Shown here: in pieces, positions 14,106 through 26,840 of the stretch
Position numbering within the stretch: position 1 is the stretch's first letter
Layout: the number at the start of each line of letters is the position of its first letter
NCBI GenBank assembly: GCA_030248215.1
Contig: JASANG010000440.1
Coordinates: 310,001 to 374,000 of the forward strand
Source of the DNA: Enoplolaimus lenunculus
Lineage: Eukaryota
Length of the DNA: 64,000 bases
Direction of reading: 5' to 3'
Translations under genes and position numbers: made by a program
Notes under the pieces: model-generated
Seen by the model: the letters and a program-made list of their open reading frames with translations, nothing else
Told to the model about the DNA's origin: nothing
Database searches by the model: none

Positions 14106-14303
14106 GGCCCATGTAAACATCAGGAGCGGAACGTTTTTCTGTTGGACTGCAATAGAGAAAGCTTAAGCTTTATAGACTAATTCTTTTGTTTGGCTTAGGC
14201 TTAGGCTTAGGAATACGCTCATTTTTACGCTTAGGCTTAGGCTTAAGCTTAAGCTAAGGAATATGCTTATAATACTGTACCGCCCCTATTCTTTACATCA
14301 GCT
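14106..14303. mobile_element. Telomere-repeat-carrying MITE, subfamily A
   Basis: GGCCCATGTAAA...CTTTACAT TIRs, internal TTAGGC, flanks TTAGTCGC/CTAGTCGC. Confidence 0.75.
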
Positions 14304-14731
14304 CTAGTCGCGTAGGCAGGACATCATATCGGAAGGGTAAAACCGCAGGCAAACAGTTTTTGAAAGTGGGTGTAGTAAGCAAGAAAATGGTTTAACCTAA
14401 AAAATACAGCTCATTATTTAAAGCATGTAAACGCTGACCGTATTCTTTCCATTTTAAGAAGGGGGTACATATGTCCTTACCCCCTGGCACCCTCGTTACA
14501 CCACAGTTGGTCATTGGAAACGGTTTTGTTTGGTGATGCTTTCAACGCAAAGTGGTTGTGTAAACATTTCCTTTTAGATTTTGGGTTTCAAACTAATTGT
14601 ACTTAAAAGTATTTAGTTTGTTTAAAACTAAAACACAAGTATTTAAGTAATCGTAGATGAAACTGGTTAACCTAATCTGCCACGTACTCAGTGTAAGTGT
14701 CTTAAACGGGGGTAGAAATTTACCAGGGCAC

Positions 14732-14804
<73 letters not shown>
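14732..14804. repeat. (GA)n microsatellite
   Basis: Read directly from the sequence. Confidence 0.95.
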
Positions 14805-15601
14805 TGAGTGACTCAGTAAAGATTTACCCAGCAGATACGAAACTTAAGGGAGTATAATCGATTAAGGAGAGTAAGCGCTTTGAACTGGCTTGGAGATAAA
14901 ACGGCCTGTGCTTAATTTATGATAAAAAACTTGTCTAAGGAGTTAATCTGTACGGTTGGTTCATACAAGAGTGCATGATACACTATAAAAAGAGTATGCA
15001 ACTGGATACTTTCTATACACAAAAGAATGTTCCCAGTTACATACTCTTGTTATAGAGTATCGTGCACTCTTGTAAGAACCAACCGTACAGATTAACAGAA
15101 AAGAATGTACCCAGCACGTGTTGCGTTTTTGGCCAACTCTCCTTAAATTCAGATGGGGATGTTGAAACCACGAAATTGGAGAAGATGCTAATAAAATGCA
15201 TGTTAAAAATGGTCCGCTTACATACTTCGCCTCATTAGCATTTCGTTTTGTGTTTTGTGCATTGTGTCTCTAATCTCGACCTGCCCTCCTAAAATGATGG
15301 GGTTATGGTAAAATTGACAGCGGCGGCTCTTCCACTGGAGAACTACGCATATTTTAAGCAGTTGCACACTCTTGTCTAAAGAGTCGTTATCGCATCTTGG
15401 TTCATAACGACACTAAACTTTGTCTGTAAAATAATATTTGGGGTGAAAAAATTTGTAAAATATTAATTTTGTTGAAATTTATCATTTTTGAGCAAACATT
15501 TCAAAAAAAACGCGTTTCCTTTAGGGTTGAACTATACTTTTGTTGACGTGTGGCGACGTCCGTTACGCGTCCGGCGGCTTCTGTCCCAATACGGTTGCAT
15601 A

Positions 15602-16002
15602 CTGTATTGACCCGAATAAGGGGGTAAATCCATAGGAGTCCGTATCCCTAATAAAAGTCCGTAAGCGGATAGAGTCCCTAAACCCTAATTAGAGTTCATA
15701 AATGTCATTTAACCCTAATTGTAGCGCATAAATGACTCCAGGACCAAATAATTTGAGTTCGAAACTTTAAAGCTTACTTAATTTTTGAAAGTACATTCCA
15801 AAGTATAAACTTGTATTATCACTCAAGCTATTGACACGAGACAAATAAACGTTTAATTCAACGGATAATTACAGTACCGGATATATATCTTTAACGAAGG
15901 ACGGCGGAGCGTGGTTTGAAAATAAATAACAGTCCGTAATCGAATAACAAGGGGGGCACCGCCAAATAAATTTCAGTCCCCCTCTTATTCGGGTCACTAC
16001 AG
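15602..16002. mobile_element. TA-flanked MITE of about 400 bp (CTGTATTGACCCGAATAAG TIRs; putative Tc1/mariner-pogo class)
   Basis: TIRs and TA flanks; copies at 21719-22156, 23313-23740 and 63395-63558; partial copies at 13485-13686 and 10750-10850. Confidence 0.8.
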
Positions 16003-17018
16003 TACGTGTGTAATTTGCGTACAACACACAGTAACGGACGGCGGCGGACTGTGACGGACGGCGATGCCTCAATGAGTATAACGCCACCCACAGGCGTTTT
16101 ACTGTGGCGAATTGAAGCGGATGAATAAAGGAAACATATCTGTCGCGCTGCCGGAATTGCGACAAGCACATGAAAAAATACTTTTAGCAGAATTTTCAAA
16201 ATAAGTTTTTGGTTCCCAGAGATCGAAAGACATTTATCAGGTCGTACTATACCGAAATGAAGCTCTGGCTACAATGTTTCAGTAGCGAACCCAACTCTTG
16301 TATTGGCCAATGACCAATCGTCGCATCATAGTTATTAGCTATGAAACCATTAGCTAAAAATTCATTATTTTCGGCTAGCTATGAAATTAATATCGTCTGT
16401 TGAATTTAGTCAAAATTTCCCATTCTACACAAACGTTTCAACTTTTAATTTAATTAAAATTATTAGACTGGCAACTGTCTGTTGAATTTGAAACCAAATC
16501 AATGAAGCGATGTGACGAATATTTCTAGCTGTTCAAATCTGGCGCACGCAGTCCTGTCGGATCGTAAGGGATCGTCCAGGCTCAGGCCTCAAACAGGTGT
16601 GAATCCCAAACTATTGTATTAAGATTTAGTACTAAAATTGCGTCTTGCTTCTCGTTTGGTTTGTTCGCCGTCTTTTTCACTATATTGCGTAGTCCCTCCT
16701 GTTACAAATTGCGGATTCCCTATTGTGTCTGATTGGATAGTTTTCATTCATTATTTCTGGATAGTCATGTCCGGTATGAGCATGTCGAGGTGGTTGGGTG
16801 GGGGCCAAATTATTTCAGATGAAGTTTCACGAGTTATCACGACACTTGTAGTCGAGTCTAAAACTGCTAAATACGAAGCGAAATTTGTATACGCTGCAAT
16901 AGCATAGACGTAACCGAATTTTGGGTTTAGGAATGCGGTCAGATGCACGCCGAACTTATATGTTTACTACGCGACAATGCTGTTTGCAAATCAGTTCTTC
17001 TAAGCTGACAGAAATAAC

Positions 17019-17210
17019 CGCTCGTGTTACTTTTAGGGGCGTCTAGGTTTCTGATGGGTCTGTAAAAGAGTAGGTTTAGCTTCTAGATTACATTTTCTTG
17101 TTTAGGCTTACGCTTAGGCTTAGCAAGCACACTTTTGTTCCCTCTGGCTTAGGCTTTAAGCTTAGCAATACGCTTAATCTAAAGGAACGCCCCTAAAAGT
17201 AACATTGGCC
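17019..17210. mobile_element. Telomere-repeat-carrying MITE, subfamily B
   Basis: Similar to 2692-2840. Confidence 0.7.
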
Positions 17211-17830
17211 AAATCAATGCTAAATAAAGGGGACAGGGCGTCTCTACCCCCCTTTCTGGCAAAGCCACTATGTTCATGCAATGGAATGCCCACTGTCCAG
17301 TGTCCATGTTGGTTATTAGTCAAATTTGGGACAACATATGGTTGAACCTTTGCCCCGAAAATGAATGAAACGGATAAAATGTGAAATTTTCAAGCGGACT
17401 CGAATTTTAAGTAAAAGATAACTCTTTAAATAATATTATATAAATATATACGTAAATAATATATTATATATATAGATATATATGTATGTATATATCAGCA
17501 TACATAACCTACAGCCCAATATAACATAATAACGCGTTTCGCGAATTTGGTACATGGCTGGTCTGGCATTCAATTTCGTCCCTGGTCTTTTCGTATAAAC
17601 CATCTCATCTCTGGTCATTTAGAAAAATAATTGCATAACCAAGATTTTTGTCATTTGGTTGAATGGCCAAATTCAAACGGGCTCAAAGAGCATTCGAATT
17701 TTTCGCCAGAGGTGAGTTCACTCGCTACCTGTTGCTATTTTTAACAAATTGGCCAAAAATGAACCCACGAGGAATCAATGATACGTCGCGTATCGCGTGT
17801 TCAATCCAACTGTACTGTATATAATATATA

Positions 17831-18045
17831 CACTGCAAAAAATGGTGAGTCAAATTGACTTTCGTCGGAAATAGGCTCTACGGGACTACACAAACTGAGT
17901 CAAAATTCGACTCCGTCAGAGTCAAACATGTGGTTCAATTAGTCTAATTTGAGTGTGGCGGACTCGATCGAATTTGACTCAGTTTGTGTAGTCCCGTACA
18001 GACTATTTCGGAGAGAGTCAATTTGAGTCCCTATTTTTTGCAGTG
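17831..18045. mobile_element. CACTG-terminated palindromic MITE
   Basis: Same family; inserted in a TA-rich tract. Confidence 0.8.
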
Positions 18046-18371
18046 TATTATATATATTTATATATACAACAACGATCGGGAATATATCTGCTCCCAAAAA
18101 CATTTCAGGAGACCAAAAATGTTACCGCTGGCTGCAGTCCCTGGCAGAGATACGTACATGAGACCATATCCTTCCGAAATGACACGTTGACTACACCACT
18201 GAGTGGACCCAACTATCACATATCAGTATCGCAGACCTTGGTCGGCCTCACAAAGGCGCCAGACTCACTTTCGTCCCTGGCATATTGGTATCAGTTTCAT
18301 ACGCAATTCTCAGTCTAAACTACTGTCAACTTTAGTACTTTATATTCGATACTGGTCTAGTAAATTTATTC

Positions 18372-18586
18372 GGCCCATGTCAACATCAGGGGCAGAAAGT
18401 TTTTGTGTGGGATTAGAAACGAGTGCGCTTAAGCTAATTTTTTGTTTGGCTTATGCGGAGACTCAGGAATATGCTCATTCTTTACGCTTAGGCTAACGCT
18501 TAGGAATATGCTCATTCTTTACGCTTAGACTAACGCTTAGGAACATGCTTATAATACTGTTCCACCCCCTGTTCTTTATATTGGCC
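18372..18586. mobile_element. Telomere-repeat-carrying MITE, subfamily A
   Basis: GGCCCATG...ATTGGCC termini, internal duplicated TTAGGC block. Confidence 0.75.
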
Positions 18587-19183
18587 ATTTTATTCTGAAG
18601 CATATATACATGAAATAAAGTTTCACAGTTTTACGACCGACGCTGTCGAGGTTTCGAGTTCACGTTGTGAACGAGTTGAGAAATTTTGCCTTCCGTTCTA
18701 CAGGTTTGGGTTAGAACCAATGTTGCCAATTTGCCACAGGTTGAAAACTTAACTGGTTAAGGTCCAGTGTTTGTTTTCGAGGCGTTACAGCAGTTGAAAC
18801 TTATTCCTAAACCTAAGCCTAAATCTAAGCTTTACCGCAGACATACGTCAAAAACTAAAGTACAAATTTGAGTTTTGGTTTACAAATCACGCTAACGCAT
18901 AAGCTTGGAAACCGCATATGTGGCCTGATATGTAAGCTCTGCGGGGTAAATGTCATCTTGAGGTAAATGGTTTGACATTTAGGCACAGTTTTTATTCCTA
19001 TTTTAATACGATATTTTGGTTTTTGCCAATGAAATTTTATGTTTTGAACTGGTTACTAGCTAAGTAATTTTTGTTTTTGTTACTTAAATAGCAAACAGTC
19101 ACAAGGATTGCGTATTCGCGAATGTATGCTGCACCCAATTAGTGAACGCTACTGTAAGTTTTGTATCAAATAGTAGAATTTAT

Positions 19184-19389
19184 GGCACATGTATAGAAGA
19201 GGGCCAAAACAGTAGTATAAGCATATCCAAGCCAAGCAAGCCAAGCCAAGCGTATATGAGAATAAAATAAACACAAACATAAACCCTATTCCTAAGCCTA
19301 AGCATAAGCAAAAAAATTAATCTAAAGCTTAAACTGACTCTATCATAGCCGCTTCGGAAAACGATCCGGCCCTGCTCTATACATTTGCC
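19184..19389. mobile_element. Telomere-repeat-carrying MITE (reverse orientation)
   Basis: GCCTAA units, degenerate TIRs, flanks GAATTTAT/GAAATTAT. Confidence 0.65.
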
Positions 19390-19957
19390 GAAATTATTTT
19401 CCGCCCCCTGTTTTCCGTGAAATTTCGCACTGTTGCGTAAAAAATTATTTTGTTGCAGATGCTACAATAGTTTGGTTGTTTGAAAACCTATAGCTAAACT
19501 GATGATAAATAGTACACACATTTGAGAATACTTGCAAACAGTCTTGAAACCAGTGAAATTTATGGCAAACTTGCCTTTCGCTTTGGCATACACGCGAACA
19601 TTTCGATTTCCACATTTCGAATAGTCTATAGCATATATACTGGACCACGATAAGCTGGAAGTTCTATGTAAACTTAAGTTTAAGGGACAGCTTTAGCCCC
19701 GGCTTAGAAAGGTGATATTCTAAGAGGATAAAAGTATGGCGAAATGCTCGTATGCTGCGGAGGAATGAACTGGTTCTGAAGGCTACCGGTCACTAGTCGC
19801 GGGTGCGTACAGGGATATTTGGTGACGGTCTGGCGAGAAGTTTGAAGCTCATTCATATTCAGTTTGAGTTTTCAACCGGTTGCGTTTGATAGGTTCGAGT
19901 TACGGTTTAGTCGATTAGAGGATCGCTTGTTAAGCTTGTGACCACAGTAAAAGCTAC

Positions 19958-20203
19958 ACACACAAAAAAGTATTTCTGAATTTATTCAGAAAAGTTTTTT
20001 CTGTTTCAAATCTGAAAAGTTTTTTTGATATTTAAGACAATTTTTTTGAAAATAACTGGAAAACGTTTATTTTCAGTCTTATTTCAAAACTTTTTTGAAA
20101 ACTTTTCTGTTATAACAGAAATACTTTTCAAGTGCACCTTGCTAATTATATTTCTTAAATGTAAGAATTTTTTCTTAAATATCAGAAATATTATTTTGAG
20201 TGC
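19958..20203. mobile_element. CAC/GTG-ended AT-rich repeat element
   Basis: Inverted ends; the internal block TTTCTTAAATGTAAGAATTTTTT recurs at 43690-43922. Confidence 0.55.
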
Positions 20204-21227
20204 AAGAGTAGTCTCTGTATAGAGTTCGAGTATTAAGCTGTTTTGTTAAATGAATAGAACAGGATCGTAACAGTAGTATAAGCATATTCCGAAGCCTAAA
20301 AACCTTGAACAAAAGCGGAAAGATAAGTCTATAAGCCTACGCCTAAGCGTAAGCAAAATAATCTAAAGCTTGAATTTTACTCTCGCAGGTACGCAAAAAA
20401 ACGGTTTGCCCGTATGTTTTTTATAAAATTATACGGCTCATATATGTTTTTACATATGTTGGAATGTTTTTAGTTTACTATTTTCGGCCTGATTTTATAG
20501 CCATTTCACTTGTAATGGCTTGCACACTAAAAGCCTAAGCCTAATCCTAAACGTATGCCAAATACTAAACCTAAGCCTAAATTTGTTCAAGTTTCCAAGT
20601 CTAAGATCTCCAGTTCCTCTGATTACCAGCGCAGAGACCATCACATGGGCCTTTCTTTCAATATGATACATCCTTTACTAGCTAACACATATTGAATCCT
20701 TTTTAAGTGTACCATAATCAGCTTATCTTTTTCGTGTGGTGATTTTTTGAATCTAAATTCTTTCATTTCTCAATCATTTCATCAGATCGGCCCTAAACAA
20801 CTGACAAAAGTCATTTTCTGTTCGAAGGCGGTTCTGTCGTTTATTTTCCCACGGTTGCGTGTGCAGCGGTTTTGGCTCACGTGTCTTCAGACGACCCAAC
20901 CGGTTGAAGATGGACGAAACCAGGATATCATTTTGGACAGGGTATAAACTTCGTTTGATCGGTTTATTGAGTATGGTGGCCGTGAATATCTGCTTGGATT
21001 CTATAATACAACAGGTTTATTGTAAACCATGTATTTGGCACTATCTACGATGGTCCAGGAACCAAATATTTTTGATGAATATCTTCACCCCCTCCAACAA
21101 TTCTTTCTTGGATCGCTGTTGTCAACGCAGATATAAGTTAATTTTAAGCTTCTGAGCTTCAAATAAAGGCGCATGTAATGATTGAATCAAAGAGTGTTTC
21201 TTGTTTTTTTGTACAATTTACCAATCG

Positions 21228-21388
21228 GGCCAATGTGTAGAACATGGCCGTAACAGCACTATAAGCATATTCCTAGACCTACGCGGGAGCCTAAACCTGA
21301 CCGTAACCCAAAAAGCTAAAGTCTAAAGCTTAAGTTTAATCTATTGCAGTCCTGCAGAAAAACGTTTTTCCTGATCTTTATATAGACC
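21228..21388. mobile_element. Telomere-repeat-carrying MITE (reverse orientation)
   Basis: GGCCAATGTG left end, family core ATAAGCATATTCCTA and CTATTGCAGTCC. Confidence 0.65.
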
Positions 21389-21718
21389 TACCATCGTACA
21401 CGATAACTGATTTGAAACAAGTCTGAGGGATTCTAGCCAGGGTGTATAGATCTGCCCTCAACTTGGCGAATTTTTCGTTTTCTGAAATATTTTTACTCCG
21501 TTTGTAAATTGTGCTAATATCCGGATGCGTTCTCCAAAAACTTTTTAACTCTAACAAATCACGCTCACTAAGCCAATCCCGTACGTAGTCCAACATACCA
21601 AGAAAGATCCTTAAAAATTTCAATATAAACTTGCAGAGAATTCCACTGACTTACAAGCGAGACTCAACCTTTCAGACGATTTTGTAATTTTTCTAAAGTT
21701 GACCAGCGACCCCTTCGA

Positions 21719-22156
21719 CTGTATTGATCCGAATAAGAGGGGGAAGCTGATATTTATTTGGCCTCTCCAGAGGGTACCCCCCTGTTATTCGGTTACAGAC
21801 TTTTATATATTTTCAACCCACGCTCCACCATCCCTTTTTTACTGATATATTCGGTATTGCCATTATCCGTTGAATTAAACGTTTGTCTTGTGTCAATAGC
21901 TTGAGCGATAATGCAAGATTATACTCAGGAATGTACTTTCAAAATTTAAGTACGCTTTAAAGTTTCGAACTCAACCTTATTTGGTCCTGGAGTCATTTAT
22001 GCGCTATAATTACGATAATTGACATTTATGGACTCTAATTTGGGTTTATGTACTCAATCCGCTTATGACTCTTATTAGAGATACGGACTCCTATTGATTT
22101 AGCTCAAAATGGGGACCCCCATTATTACCACCCTCCTCTTATTCGGGTCAATACAG
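21719..22156. mobile_element. TA-flanked MITE (reverse orientation)
   Basis: Reverse complement of 15602-16002. Confidence 0.8.
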
Positions 22157-22461
22157 TACGCGTTTGGCTGCGGGCATAAATATGATCAGTTGTAATTTTT
22201 AAGTAGCACCTATCATTCTACCCTGCGTTGACTAGCCAGCCGCTAGGCTTTTTCCACCAAAATCACAGCTTTTAGTTTCGTCATCAACAGCGGTCATATT
22301 TCGCTGTCGGACACAAAAAGAGCCGTCCTCTGGGGCAGTTTTGGTATCGGTCCATGCCGTTCCGTGCCGGGCAAAACCGTTCGGGGATAGAGATTGTTTA
22401 CCCGGTTATGCGTCAGTATGTGTGAAGCGACGACACAATTAGTCTGTACGAGATGGTCAAT

Positions 22462-22920
22462 ATTGTTCACCGCCCATGATTTCTGAATGAAAATATTGGA
22501 GTACCTTTAAGCTCAAGATAATGTAAGTACCTTGACAGGGGGTGCATCATGACCAAACAGGGCTCTGAGGTCGATTTGTGGCACCCCATGTCGACATTAC
22601 TATATTGTTGAGCTCAAAGGTACTCCAATACCAACACCCACAAATCATTTGGACGGTGTTGGTATCGTAGTATCTTTAAGCTCAAGATAATGTAAGTACC
22701 TTGACAGGGGGTGCATCATGACCAAACAGGGCTCTGAGGTCGATTTGCGTCACCCTATGTCGACATACTTACATTCTTGAGCTCAAAGGTACTCCAATAT
22801 TAACACCCAGAAATCATTTGGACGGTGTTGGTATTGCGGTATCTTTGAGCTCAAGATGAAGATAATGTAAGTATGTCGACCACGAGGTGCGTCATGAGCC
22901 AACAGTGTCCTGAGGTCAGT
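22462..22920. repeat. Palindromic tandem repeat of about 169 bp, roughly 2.6 copies
   Basis: GCTCAAGAT recurs at 22511, 22680 and 22849; each unit has long inverted arms. Confidence 0.85.
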
Positions 22921-23312
22921 TTATTGCACTGATTTTCAAAAAGGGGTGTCAAAAAAATCTCAAAAATATTTCTTCATTAAAAATTTTTTTCATTTCTGAA
23001 ACATTCGTCACAAACCAATAAGAGATGCAGGTTTTGAAGCCACGTCCTTATGATCTTAGCCTGTATCTGTGTAAATACTGCAGAGGTTTTCGCCAGAAAG
23101 CCAGGTCTGATGATGGTTTATGTTTGCTGGGACAAATTGATTTACTCGCAAAGGCTGCCAACTGTAGTCGTTCCAAAAACCGCTTCATTTTAGGCTTAGG
23201 CTTTAGGTTTAGGCTTTGGTTTAATTTTGGGTTTAAACTTTACTCTGACTTTGGCTTGGGATTATGACTGTTTCTATTCCGATTGTTTCAAACGCTATAT
23301 AAAAGCAAAGTA

Positions 23313-23740
23313 CTGTATTAACCCGAATAAGAGGGGTAATAAGAGGGGTCCCCATTTTGGTTGCGGATCAATAGGAGTCCTTATCCCTAATAAGAGTCCG
23401 TAAGCGGATAGAGTCTCTAAACCCTAACTAGAGTCCACAAATGTCAATTGACCCTAATTGCAGCGCAAAAATGACTCCAGGACCAAATAATTTCAGTTTG
23501 AAACTTTAAAGCTTACTTAAATTTTGAAAGTACATTCCTATAAGTATAACCTTGTATTATCGCTCAAGCTATTGACACAAGACAAATAAACGTTTAATTT
23601 AGCGGATAATTGCAGTACCGGATATATATCAGTAACTAAGGGTTAAAAATAAATAGCAGTCTGTAGCCGAATAACAAGGAGGGGTACCCGCTGTAGAGGC
23701 CAAATAAATATCAGTCCCCCTCTTATTCGGGTCACTACAG
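23313..23740. mobile_element. TA-flanked MITE
   Basis: Co-linear with 15602-16002. Confidence 0.8.
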
Positions 23741-23871
23741 TACCAGCAAACGATGGGCAACAGGTACTAAGTACACGTTTGTGAAACTGGTTGAAATATT
23801 TTGATGTCTACATTGAAACAGACCCTAAACGACTAAACCTACCTTTATGAATTCATATAATTCAGTACCTG

Positions 23872-24024
23872 CGGACCCGTAAACAAGGGGGGCAGGGACG
23901 CTCAGCCGCCCTGGATACATTTTGCCCCCCCTAGAGAATTTTCAACCTTTCTTGTAACTCATTGAAACCCTTGAATGCCATCCTGGAAAATATTCCGCCC
24001 CCCATAAGCTGGCTACAGGGCCTG
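23872..24024. mobile_element. hAT-like MITE with perfect 8-bp TSD
   Basis: TSD AGTACCTG on both sides; inverted ends CCCGTA/TACAGGG. Confidence 0.8.
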
Positions 24025-24780
24025 AGTACCTGACTACATTGTGAAACGTTTCGAACGTAACATGATATCTACTATATGCCAAATAACCTTATCTGAGGTT
24101 GCCCTGTGTTCTAGGTTCAGAAGGCACCTTTTGATACAAACCAGTAGCCAGCTTCACACAGGGGCCAAAAAATTTGCGGGGGGAGGCATCGATCAAAACG
24201 GTGTTTTCAGGGGAACACAAATTTTAATGGGACCGCTTTGCTATACCTGGTTCTTTTGGTCAACTAACCGGCACCTGAGTACCATTTAACAACGGCATAC
24301 AAATCTGGTTTATGCCTAGTTTGATTACTCATATTCCTGGTTTAACAGCCGTATAATTTCAGGTTTGTTACACCAGTATTGACAGTTTCAACGGGGACGC
24401 AACACTTGCTCAGCCTTCATCCAAACGGGATCGAAGCCAAAATTTTGTATTAAGGTTTAGCCGTCAAATGACGTCCGACTCTTAGATCTGTTCACTCGCG
24501 ACTGATTTTTCACAATTATATCTTGCGGCCCCCTTTGTAGAATTTTCTATATCCGCCAATGTCTGTATGCCAGGTATTTGAAGTTGTGGTCAACGGGGCG
24601 CTTGTATTTCCCTGGAATACTTCGGTTTCCGTCTGTTTTGCAACAGTAAATCACCAGTTAGCGATAGGTTTACAAACAAAATCATTTGGCAATTTTATTG
24701 AACAGGAGCGAGTTATGTTCAACTCCTTAGGTCTACGACGCTTTTTGACATCTGTCTTATACAGCTACAAAGGTTTAATC

Positions 24781-24984
24781 GGCCCATGTAAAGATCAGGG
24801 GCGGAACGTTTTTCTGCGGGACTAGAATAGAATAAGCTTAAAGCTTTAGACTAATTTTTTGGCTTGGCTTAGGCTTACGCTTAGACTTAGGAATAAACAC
24901 ATTCTTATGCTTAGGTTTTAGGTTTAGGCTAAGGTTTAGGAATAAGCTTATAATACTGTTCCGCCGCTGTTCTTTACATTGGCC
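24781..24984. mobile_element. Telomere-repeat-carrying MITE, subfamily A
   Basis: Near-perfect TIRs GGCCCATGTAAAGATCAGGGGCGGAAC / GTTCCGCCGCTGTTCTTTACATTGGCC. Confidence 0.8.
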
Positions 24985-25378
24985 GAATCATAGAAATTCA
25001 CAAAATGCAAAATTCTCAACGTCTAAGCTTTGTTTCTGTCAACTTTTTAAGAATCAGGTTCAAAGTTCCATAATCTTACTGAAACCGAGAAGCACTTAAT
25101 CTACCGGATATAATTCGTCATCATTTTGTCATTTATTTTTGCCAAAATTGAAATTTACTCAAAATTCTTATCTTTTTTCTTACTTTCTTATATTTTCGTT
25201 TTTGGTTATGGTTCATTTATCATAATTATTCAGTGAAAGCTGAAACGATCGGAATATTGCAGTTATGGTCGTTTAAAACGCTGTGTAATATATTCTCAAA
25301 TGTGTATAGCACCGATTACAGGTTGATGTTAAAAGGCTTGTAAATTTAGAACACCAGCAGATGTGTTTTAGACCCTTG

Positions 25379-25580
25379 GGCCCATGTAAAGATCAGAAGC
25401 GGAACGTTTTTCTGTGGGACTGCAATAGAGTAAGCTTAAGCTTTAGATTATTTTTTTTGCTTGGCTTAGGCTTACGCTTAGGCTTAGGTATATGCTCATT
25501 CTTACACTTGGGCTTAGGGTTGGGCTTAGGCTGAGGAATATGCTTATAATACTGTTCCGCCCCTGTTCTTTACATTGGTC
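25379..25580. mobile_element. Telomere-repeat-carrying MITE, subfamily A, with 8-bp TSD
   Basis: TIRs plus perfect TSD GACCCTTG on both sides. Confidence 0.85.
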
Positions 25581-25796
25581 GACCCTTGCGAGGTTGCAAT
25601 TAGGACTACGTTTCAGGGACTTTTACATGACACCAATGGTAGCTGACAGTCACTTTGCCTTATTCTTTTGAATTTTGTTCCCATAACCCGATCCAAACCG
25701 CAAAATAAATTTATCTGGTGCGGCCTGCGCTTAACATTGTGAATTTTACATACTTAATCTGCTCATCTGATTGGTTCCTATTGTTTTATGTTTTAG

Positions 25797-26407
25797 CCTT
25801 TTACTGTGATATATAATTATATTTATTGTATAATTTTAATGAATAGTCAATCATTTTCTGGTCAACACCATGCCACATCCCGCAGTGCTGCCTTATCCCG
25901 AAACCAGACGGTCCGAACGAAATGTCTTTGTCCTTCCAGGCCACCGTTGTTCGCGATTAAGCCACCTCCAGAGCTGTCATGGCCGCTGTTATCAAATTTT
26001 GATTCGTCAAATACTTCAAGTTTTACAAAAACTACCAATCCCGTTCAGTCATGTATAGTAAATTCAACCAATCCTGTTCGCCCTGGTGACTTCTTGACGA
26101 AAGACGGTGCAGCCAATAGCTGGACGTCAAAAAATGTAGCTATGGGCCACCTGGAAAACTTTGGAGATAAAAATGACTCTTACGTCACTTTTGACCCTCA
26201 GACGTCCGAGGCGTGGTTCGGTCCCGGTAGCAACTCTTCAGAGACGGACGGGAAGTCAGATAAATTTGAAGCCAAAGGGACAGGGGTGACGGCGTTTTTC
26301 AATCGATATTTTGGCATCACTCAACTCGCGAAATATTTACTCGTATCCGGTGTCTTTGTAACCGTATTAGTTGTGATTACAGCGTGCATTGTGGTATATT
26401 TGCATCG
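25797..26407 (+). CDS. Exon of an uncharacterised single-pass membrane protein (5' boundary uncertain; first in-frame ATG at 25839)
   Basis: TTTTAG acceptor at 25796, an open frame of about 200 codons ending in a TM helix (YLLVSGVFVTVLVVITACIVVYL), donor CG|GTAAGA at 26407. Confidence 0.7.
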
Positions 26408-26520
26408 GTAAGATAATATTTCAAGGTGGGGCGGGGGTGAAAATTTAGAAAGGAATTGTAGTAAGAACAATCTTCCCTTTAATGAAGCAAAAATGTTTTA
26501 AGACATTCAGGTTCGATATA

Positions 26521-26840
26521 ACCAAGAGTGCATGATACAAAGTGTACCACTCTGCGGCTCCCGCATGGTACAAAATGTACCACCGGGCGTCGCGTTTTTG
26601 GCCGACCCTCCTCTGATTTAAGAGGGGGTCGCTGTCACATGCAATAAATCTTAATTAAACTATGTCCGGAGCATTTTCGATGCCGGATGCATAAACTGGC
26701 ATGGTTCGCACAGGCTTTAGCCCCCTCTAAGTAATGGGAGGCTCTGCTAAAAATGCAACGCCTGCCTTGAACATTGATTCCTACACAGAATGTACCCAGT
26801 TGCATACTCTTGTTGAAGAATGCATCATCAACTTTTGATA
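26521..26840. mobile_element. ACCAAGAGT-terminated MITE in an intron of the membrane-protein gene
   Basis: Co-linear with 3994-4311 (CGCATGGTACAAAATGTACC...GCGTTTTTGGCCGA). Confidence 0.7.

Noticed and set aside
22462..22920. CRISPR-like palindromic repeats
   Set aside because: Eukaryotic context; the 'spacers' are copies of each other and there are no cas genes.
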